From Erysipelotrichaceae bacterium (GTDB taxonomy: Bacteria; Bacillota_I; Bacilli_A; Erysipelotrichales; Erysipelotrichaceae): a stretch of DNA of 32,000 nucleotides. The notes below the pieces were generated by a model. The model was given only the letters and a program-made list of their open reading frames with translations. It was not told where the DNA came from and ran no database searches. Position numbers and translations under genes: made by a program. The stretch lies in NCBI GenBank assembly GCA_017405785.1, contig JAFQZR010000015.1:6360-38359 (forward strand), read 5' to 3'. Every line of letters begins with the position of its first letter. The first letter of the stretch is position 1. Positions 26,490-32,000 of the stretch are shown here, piece by piece.

Positions 26490-27786
26490 CGAAAGCGAGG
26501 TAAAAGTAAATGTATTTAATAATAAAAACTTCTTATTGGTGTTTCTTGGGTCCTTGGTGTCTGATCTGGGAAGTGTAATCTACAGCTTTGTTGTAGGTTT
26601 CTATATCCTGGAGATCAGCAATAACAACGCTTTCCTTCAGGGAGTATATCTGGCAGTCTGCAGCATTGTGCTGTTAGTTGTAATGCTAATCGGAGGAGTG
26701 CTGTGTGACCGTTATAACAAGGCCAGAATCATGTACATCTCTGATTTTGCCAAGGGAATATGCGTATTCCTGTCAGCAGTAGGGATGATGATCTTTCCTG
26801 ATCATGAAACACATATCGTTCTGTTGTTTATAATAGGAATCCTGGGTAACATAGCCAGCGGCCTGTTCAGCCCGGCTTCCACTTCTCTGCTTCCGCACAT
26901 AGTGGAAGACCAGCTGCTTCAGCAGGCTAATGCCGTTTTATCTATCAAGAGTTCTGTACAGAGCATCCTGGGTATCATAATTGCCGGAATCCTGTATAAC
27001 ATGTTCCCGCCAACGGTTCTGTTTATGATCGTCGGACGGTGCTATATAATCTCGGGAATATCCGAACTGTTTGTCAGATACAATCACGTTCCTTCCGAAG
27101 AACATCTGACTGTAAAAGTCATGTTCCGGGACATGAAAGACGGACTGGTATATCTGAAGACCAAGAAAGTGATCATGATAATCATAGAGGCAGTTCTGTT
27201 CATCAACTTCTTCTTTGCACCAATCAGCAGTAATTTCATTCCTTATTTTGTAAAGACCGATTTAACCACAGCAGGATCCTATCTGTTAGACAGCGTTCTG
27301 GATCCGGAAATGTGGCTGTCGGTCATCAGCGTGATAATGGGTGCAGCGACTCTGATCGGGGCAACAATACTGGCTGCCAGAGAGCGGATGGAAAAATGCG
27401 GACGCAGCATGGTCATATCACTTTCCGTAGTAGCGGCAGACCTGATCACAATTACGCTGTGTTACTGGTTTGGTGTAGTAAAAGGCATGTCAATAAATCT
27501 GTTCCTTATCGTGTTAGCGATAGGAAGCTTCATTATCGGTGTGGCAATCACGTTTACTAATATTCCGGTCAGTACCGTATTGATGAAACTGGTTGACAGT
27601 GACAAGCTGGGTAAGGTTTCCAGTATTACCAGTGTAGTATCACAGGCTCTGGTACCAATCTCCTCTGTTGTTGCCGGGTTCATTCTGCAGTATATGGGCA
27701 GTACCATGTTACTTGCGGCATGCACAGCCGGATTTGTCCGGACGGTAGTGTTCCTTTTAACAAACAGGGAAATCTCTGAAATATAA
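26482..27786 (+). CDS. MFS transporter (MFS_3 / EntS-like exporter architecture)
   Basis: A 434-aa protein with 12 predicted TM segments. Its ATG overlaps the end of the regulator gene by 8 nt. Confidence 0.85.
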   Translation: MNNESEVKVNVFNNKNFLLVFLGSLVSDLGSVIYSFVVGFYILEISNNNAFLQGVYLAVCSIVLLVVMLIGGVLCDRYNKARIMYISDFAKGICVFLSAVGMMIFPDHETHIVLLFIIGILGNIASGLFSPASTSLLPHIVEDQLLQQANAVLSIKSSVQSILGIIIAGILYNMFPPTVLFMIVGRCYIISGISELFVRYNHVPSEEHLTVKVMFRDMKDGLVYLKTKKVIMIIIEAVLFINFFFAPISSNFIPYFVKTDLTTAGSYLLDSVLDPEMWLSVISVIMGAATLIGATILAARERMEKCGRSMVISLSVVAADLITITLCYWFGVVKGMSINLFLIVLAIGSFIIGVAITFTNIPVSTVLMKLVDSDKLGKVSSITSVVSQALVPISSVVAGFILQYMGSTMLLAACTAGFVRTVVFLLTNREISEI

Positions 27787-27795
27787 TGAATAATG

Positions 27796-27822
27796 AAAAA
27801 AGGCAGATGATTCTGCCTTTTT
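27796..27822. terminator. Bidirectional terminator
   Basis: AAAAAGGCAGAtgatTCTGCCTTTTT lies between the convergent MFS (+) and GT4 (-) genes. Confidence 0.8.
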
Positions 27823-27839
27823 ATGTGTTTGTTTAATGA

Positions 27840-29153
27840 TTACAGATATCTGTCTAACAGATCGTAGAAACGGTTGTTGACGTCTTCGCTTATCTTACGG
27901 GTCTTATCAACAGTGTTGACAATGTCAGCCCATAAGGAGAAGAAGTTATCAAGAACGGTGCTGTTATCATCCAGTAATGTCGGTTTATGATAATCGACAT
28001 TCTTAATGACATATCTGTATCTTTCAACCGCTCTGGCAACACTTTCATCCCAGGAACAGTAGATCTGATTCATGGCATTTTCACCGATGGTATGCATGTA
28101 CTCGAAGTTATCATGTATCTTTACCAGTAATTCGGTCATGCTCTCGCTGCTTTCTTCAATCAGCAGGGCATTTTCTCCATCGGTAACATCTTCAGCTGCA
28201 CAGCTGTCCTTGATCAGAACACTGCCTAATCCGGAAGCTGCTGCTTCTCTAACCACGATACCGTTGGTATCAAAGGTTGATGGGAACAGAAACAGATCAC
28301 AGCTGGAATAAATATCCTTAAGCTTATCACGGTCTCTGATCGGACCCGTGAAAATGCATCTGTCATAGATGTCTTTTTCTATGGCGTAATCTTCAATGTC
28401 TTTTCTGTCTGCACCGTCTCCGACAAACATCATGCGGTAATCAATACCCATGGAGGAGAGATTTCTTAAGGCATCAAGAATGATCTTGATACCCTTGTAC
28501 CACATCATTCTGCCGACAAACAGGAATACCGGAGTGTTTTCCGGAAGCAGATATTCTTCTCTGATCCGGACAATGTGATCCATGCCGGCTTTTCCCTTAG
28601 GCAGGTCTACACCGTTGGACATGATGATGTATTCTCCTTTATATCCCAGAGACTTAAGGTTTTCACCGGCGCCTTTGGATACGACCCATACTTCATCAAC
28701 CGCTTCAATGTTTCTTATCAGGGTATTTATGGCTGTTTCCTGAACCAGACGGAAGTTAATGGCTCTTTTGATATCAATGTCGAACTTTGTATGGTAGGTC
28801 ATTATCAGAGGTTTCTTGGTAGTGTCTCTGACGATTCTGGCCAGATATGTTGAAGCAATCGGGCAGTGCGAGTGAATGATGTCAATGTCCTTATTACTGA
28901 TGCGGGTCAGATAGTTAACATCTAAAGGCATTCCGGCACGGTAACCTACCAGTTTGGTGGTATTGATACTTGGATATCTCATGACTTCAAAAGGATAGTT
29001 ATCCGTTACTCCCGGATAATCAGGCGTTGATACGATGGCATGGCCGTATTTTTCTTCGATGATGGATGCGTAGTTGACAACTGTATTGGCGACTCCGTCA
29101 ATCAAAGGCGGGAAGGAGTCGTTCATCAGGCACACATTGATTTTTTCGTTCAT
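27840..29153 (-). CDS. GT4-family glycosyltransferase (glycolipid/diacylglycerol glycosyltransferase-like)
   Basis: The N-terminus DSFPPLIDGVANTV and the C-terminal FPSTFDTNGIVVREAAASG (EX7E-type region) are typical of GT-B/GT4 enzymes. RBS AAGGAGG. Confidence 0.83.
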   Translation of the reverse strand: MNEKINVCLMNDSFPPLIDGVANTVVNYASIIEEKYGHAIVSTPDYPGVTDNYPFEVMRYPSINTTKLVGYRAGMPLDVNYLTRISNKDIDIIHSHCPIASTYLARIVRDTTKKPLIMTYHTKFDIDIKRAINFRLVQETAINTLIRNIEAVDEVWVVSKGAGENLKSLGYKGEYIIMSNGVDLPKGKAGMDHIVRIREEYLLPENTPVFLFVGRMMWYKGIKIILDALRNLSSMGIDYRMMFVGDGADRKDIEDYAIEKDIYDRCIFTGPIRDRDKLKDIYSSCDLFLFPSTFDTNGIVVREAAASGLGSVLIKDSCAAEDVTDGENALLIEESSESMTELLVKIHDNFEYMHTIGENAMNQIYCSWDESVARAVERYRYVIKNVDYHKPTLLDDNSTVLDNFFSLWADIVNTVDKTRKISEDVNNRFYDLLDRYL

Positions 29154-29210
29154 AACTGCCTCCTTTTTGTAAAATAAATTATAAGAAAGAAAACCGGTAA
29201 AGTAAACCGG
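29102..29210. repeat. Direct repeat, copy 1 (native 5' end of the GT4 gene, its RBS, promoter-like region and hairpin)
   Basis: It aligns with 29689-29797 at a constant offset of 587. I found 2 mismatches by hand (29136 A/G, 29142 T/C). Confidence 0.9.
29178..29206 (-). promoter_or_regulatory. Putative promoter of the GT4 gene (inside repeat copy 1)
   Basis: On the - strand: -35 TTTACT (29206-29201), a 17-nt spacer, and -10 TATAAT (29183-29178). It overlaps the hairpin AAAGAAAACCGG...CCGGCTTTTCTTT. Confidence 0.4.
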
Positions 29211-29226
29211 CTTTTCTTTGTATAGG

Positions 29227-29613
29227 TTAATTCTCAGCCTGCTCTTCTTCCTCTGGCTGTTTTTTAGCTACCATATCATTAAGATCTAAATCAGGATCAG
29301 CAGTATATAATAAGGCATTCCTTCTAACATCTTCTAAAGATATTCCCATATATGGATCATTAAATACTATATACATTTCATCGCAGTAGTTCTTAATTTC
29401 ATCATCATAATATTCAACGAACTGGTGATAAAGATATTCCCCGCCACCAAGTTTCAATCCTATATCTCCATATGAATCACTTACTTGAATTTTTTTAATT
29501 TCAAATCCATTGTCAACTATTGAATTAACCATTTCAAGCCAATCAATACTTTCATAATGATAATTTGTATAATAAATACCCCTGTTCTCATGCTTATTAA
29601 TCATTTCAAACAT
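29227..29613 (-). CDS. Orphan acidic hypothetical protein (128 aa from ATG 29613; 131 aa from GTG 29622)
   Basis: Good RBS AAAGAGGTG 6 nt upstream of ATG 29613. It is very AT-rich compared with its neighbours, has an acidic C-terminal tail (PEEEEQAEN), and has no recognisable domain. Confidence 0.55.
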   Translation of the reverse strand: MFEMINKHENRGIYYTNYHYESIDWLEMVNSIVDNGFEIKKIQVSDSYGDIGLKLGGGEYLYHQFVEYYDDEIKNYCDEMYIVFNDPYMGISLEDVRRNALLYTADPDLDLNDMVAKKQPEEEEQAEN

Positions 29614-29683
29614 TATTATCACCTCTTTACATATAATATTAGTTACATCTTAATTATAAGATGAGTTTTCATCTCAGCCAAGG

Positions 29684-29740
29684 TCATGTCAAAGGCGGGA
29701 AGGAGTCGTTCATCAGGCACACGTTGATCTTTTCGTTCAT
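29684..29740 (-). pseudogene. Truncated duplicate of the GT4 gene 5' end (MNEKINVCLMNDSFPPLT*)
   Basis: The first 17 codons encode the same amino acids as the start of the 27840-29153 gene (2 synonymous nt differences), and the upstream RBS is identical. The copy breaks at the recombination junction and runs into TGA. Confidence 0.75.
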
Positions 29741-29797
29741 AACTGCCTCCTTTTTGTAAAATAAATTATAAGAAAGAAAACCGGTAAAGTAAACCGG
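29689..29797. repeat. Direct repeat, copy 2
   Basis: See copy 1. This copy also carries the same promoter-like -10 and -35 elements (29765-29793, - strand). Confidence 0.9.
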
Positions 29798-29814
29798 TCT
29801 TTCTTAAGTCTCAA

Positions 29815-30690
29815 TTAATTCTCTGTCAGTTCTTCGTTTTCAGCTGGTTCCTCAGGAGCATCCTCAATGTGAAGATGGGCCTTCAGTTCAGCTAAGGTCA
29901 TGTCAATGGCGTTTTCGCGGTTGGAAATACGGGCTGTCTGATTCAGCAGGTTCATGCTGGTGATACGGTATCTCTGTCCGTCATATTCTACGGATGCATT
30001 CAGCTTAGGCAGACCTTTGCGCATACATTTGTAATTCTCGTCTTCATATTTGAGACAGCACATCAGCTTGCCGCACTGTCCGGAAAGCTTCTGGGTATTC
30101 AGCGCCAGCAGCTGGTTTTTGGCCATGTTAATGGAGACGATATCGAAATCGTCAAGGAAACGGGAACAGCAGGTTTCCATGCCACAGGTGCCAAGTCCGC
30201 CGACGATTTTGGCCTTGTCACGGGCACCGATCTGTCTTAACTCGATACGGCACTTGAAGATGGCTGCCAGTTTCTTTAACAGTTCACGGAAGTCGACCCT
30301 GTCATCTGCCACATAGGAGAATATGATCTTTGATCTGTCCAGAGTATACTCCGTAGAGATCAGATACATTTCCAGCCCCAGTTCTTCAATGCACTTCTGG
30401 CACTGCTTTTCAGCATCTACGGTATCACGCTTGTTACGGGCATCGTTTTCCAGATCCTGTTTAGTGGCTTTTCTGATTACCGGTTTAAGAGCCAGATTGG
30501 AAGAGTAGGTAGAAAAATCACGCAGATCGCTGATCATTTCGCCGATTTCCACGCCTCTGACTGTCTCAACAATTACTTTATCTCCATACTTCAGGGTATC
30601 ATCATCGGTACCGAAGTTATAAGCCTTCTTTGAACTAGAGAATTTAATGGATACTACGTACTTGTATTGTACTTTTTCCTGTTCGTTCAT
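29815..30690 (-). CDS. ricT: PSP1-domain regulatory iron-sulfur protein RicT (YaaT)
   Basis: The Cys clusters GTCGMETCCSRFL and GQCGKLMCCLKYE, together with the position downstream of holB, are diagnostic of YaaT/RicT. Confidence 0.9.
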   Translation of the reverse strand: MNEQEKVQYKYVVSIKFSSSKKAYNFGTDDDTLKYGDKVIVETVRGVEIGEMISDLRDFSTYSSNLALKPVIRKATKQDLENDARNKRDTVDAEKQCQKCIEELGLEMYLISTEYTLDRSKIIFSYVADDRVDFRELLKKLAAIFKCRIELRQIGARDKAKIVGGLGTCGMETCCSRFLDDFDIVSINMAKNQLLALNTQKLSGQCGKLMCCLKYEDENYKCMRKGLPKLNASVEYDGQRYRITSMNLLNQTARISNRENAIDMTLAELKAHLHIEDAPEEPAENEELTEN

Positions 30691-31688
30691 GAAGCACCTC
30701 CCATCATTCTATATAACATCTGGTCTGTTAACAGACCCACGTTCGCTGATCTTCTCAAACCGTCCCTGGCAAGGGATACGGTCTGCAGAAAAGCGGTAAA
30801 GTCAAAGTTTTTCTCTTTTGCCATGTTCAGCAGAGCTGTCCAGCTTTCGTCATCTGTAACATGGCCGCTGAAATAGTCATTAACGAATATCTCAGCTATA
30901 TCCAGGAAATAACCGATGGTATCGCGGTCACGGCGTCTGTCAGAATCCTTGACGACATCTCTGAAGCCATATTCCTGTAAGTAAATCATACCATTTTTGC
31001 GGTCCTTAAGAAATTCAAACATGAATTCCGTGAAACGGAAGAGGGCGTTCTGATAGCTTTCGCTGTTTTTGAGAATTTCGATTTCCTCCGGGGAGTTTAT
31101 CAGCTGGGAAACTATGTGGGCATTCAGTTCATCAAGTCCGGCTTCCATGGCTTTATTATAGTAGACCTCTTTGCTGAGAGGATGGAAGTTGATGATCTGG
31201 CATCTTGAAGCTATGGTTGGCAGAACATTATCCAGTGAAGTGGTGATGAAGATACCGGTTAGGTTGTTTGAAGGTTCTTCAATAAACTTCAGCAGGCTGT
31301 TAGCGGCTTTCAAGGTCATGTTTTCACAGTTGTTGATAATGAAGATCTTACGTCCGGCTTTTTCCAGAGCGGTCTGAGAGAACTGATATTGCAGATTGAG
31401 GATCTGTTCAGCCTTGATGGATTCTCTGGAACCGTCAATCAGGATATAGTCGGCATAGTTGTTTTCTTCAATGCGGATACACTGGATACACTGCTGGCAG
31501 GCCCAGCCGTCATCTGTGTTATCACATACCAGACTCTGAGCCAGCAAGACCGCAGTTTCAAAACGGGCAGTACCGGTCGGCCCCACAAACAAATAACAAT
31601 GCGAAAGAGAATCATTCATCAAAGCATTGTGGAGGGTCTGATATACGATTGGCTGAAGTGTCTTCAGTTCATTTCTGTTCATTGGCAT
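30687..31688 (-). CDS. holB: DNA polymerase III subunit delta'
   Basis: Contains HCYLF.GP.GT......LLAQSL.C, the zinc module C..C.QC, and FIINN.E.M...AANSLLKFIEEP. There is a 4-nt overlap with ricT. The start could be 31688 or 31682. Confidence 0.9.
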   Translation of the reverse strand: MPMNRNELKTLQPIVYQTLHNALMNDSLSHCYLFVGPTGTARFETAVLLAQSLVCDNTDDGWACQQCIQCIRIEENNYADYILIDGSRESIKAEQILNLQYQFSQTALEKAGRKIFIINNCENMTLKAANSLLKFIEEPSNNLTGIFITTSLDNVLPTIASRCQIINFHPLSKEVYYNKAMEAGLDELNAHIVSQLINSPEEIEILKNSESYQNALFRFTEFMFEFLKDRKNGMIYLQEYGFRDVVKDSDRRRDRDTIGYFLDIAEIFVNDYFSGHVTDDESWTALLNMAKEKNFDFTAFLQTVSLARDGLRRSANVGLLTDQMLYRMMGGAS

Positions 31689-32000
31689 CGATCTTGTTTT
31701 TCAGCAGTCTGTATGATTCCTCTTCTACAGTCTGTAAACACTGATTGGAATCAACGGTTACGATCCTTTCCGGATATTTCTCAGCGATCAGCTGGTAAGC
31801 GCGGCGTACGGATTTATGAAATTCAACGTTTTCGCTGTCAAGTCTGTTCAGTTCTCCGCGTGATCTGACACGGGCCAGACCGATCTCAACATCAACGTCA
31901 TAATAAAGAGTCATGTCAGGCATGCAGTCATCAATGGCGAACTGATTGAGTTCCCAGACCTTGTCAATGCCGATGCCGCGGGCATATCCCTGATAAACCA
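31669..32000 (-). CDS. tmk: Thymidylate kinase, N-terminal part beyond the window edge
   Basis: The frame is open to base 32000. It reads ...VYQGYARGIGIDKVWELNQFAIDDCMPDMTLYYDVDVEIGLARV..R.. and overlaps holB by 20 nt. Confidence 0.88.
   Translation of the reverse strand, partial: VYQGYARGIGIDKVWELNQFAIDDCMPDMTLYYDVDVEIGLARVRSRGELNRLDSENVEFHKSVRRAYQLIAEKYPERIVTVDSNQCLQTVEEESYRLLKNKIDANEQK

Noticed and set aside
1-32000. Search for rRNA, tRNA, CRISPR arrays, transposases, integrases or phage genes
   Set aside because: Intergenic regions are short (mostly under 250 nt), and I saw no cloverleaf-like or regularly spaced repeat structure in them. No ORF has recombinase, transposase or phage hallmark motifs. 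The only repeat found is the 109-bp pair at 29.1/29.7 kb.

Overview
This looks like a low-to-mid-GC Firmicutes chromosomal segment, possibly Erysipelotrichia or Clostridia; the taxon is a guess from gene content and SD-type RBSs. It is densely coding and mostly housekeeping, with transport and metabolic operons between the housekeeping genes. From left to right on the + strand: ychF (5'-truncated) and darA; a sugar-phosphate isomerase cluster (cupin-type PGI, a long type-I PMI-like protein, DUF3842); and an ECF S-component. Two - strand genes follow, an MFS transporter and a PC4/YdbC-like protein. Back on the + strand come ispF plus a small coupled ORF, a MATE exporter, and a tightly packed four-gene operon (MetRS-family ligase, GluRS, S66 LD-carboxypeptidase/MccF-family peptidase, HAD phosphatase). 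Next is a roughly 9.6-kb operon: a CUT1-type ABC importer (SBP, ATPase, two permeases) interleaved with a cytoplasmic RNase-J-like MBL hydrolase, two tandem 5'-nucleotidase-family paralogs and DUF2804. After it come an orphan membrane protein with a highly charged linker (- strand), then an XRE-TPR regulator whose gene overlaps an MFS gene. The right end, all on the - strand, holds a GT4 glycosyltransferase, ricT(yaaT), holB and tmk (truncated at the window edge). I found no rRNA, tRNA, CRISPR array, transposase or integrase. The clearest sequence-level anomaly is at 29.1-29.8 kb. A near-identical 109-bp direct repeat, carrying the 5' end, RBS and putative promoter of the GT4 gene, brackets a strikingly AT-rich insert that encodes an acidic orphan protein. 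A recombination junction with a diverged ricT 3' fragment is visible there. The most interesting functional candidate is the ABC / MBL / double-5'-nucleotidase / DUF2804 operon, whose substrate I cannot assign. All family assignments come from motif recognition and memory, not from searches.
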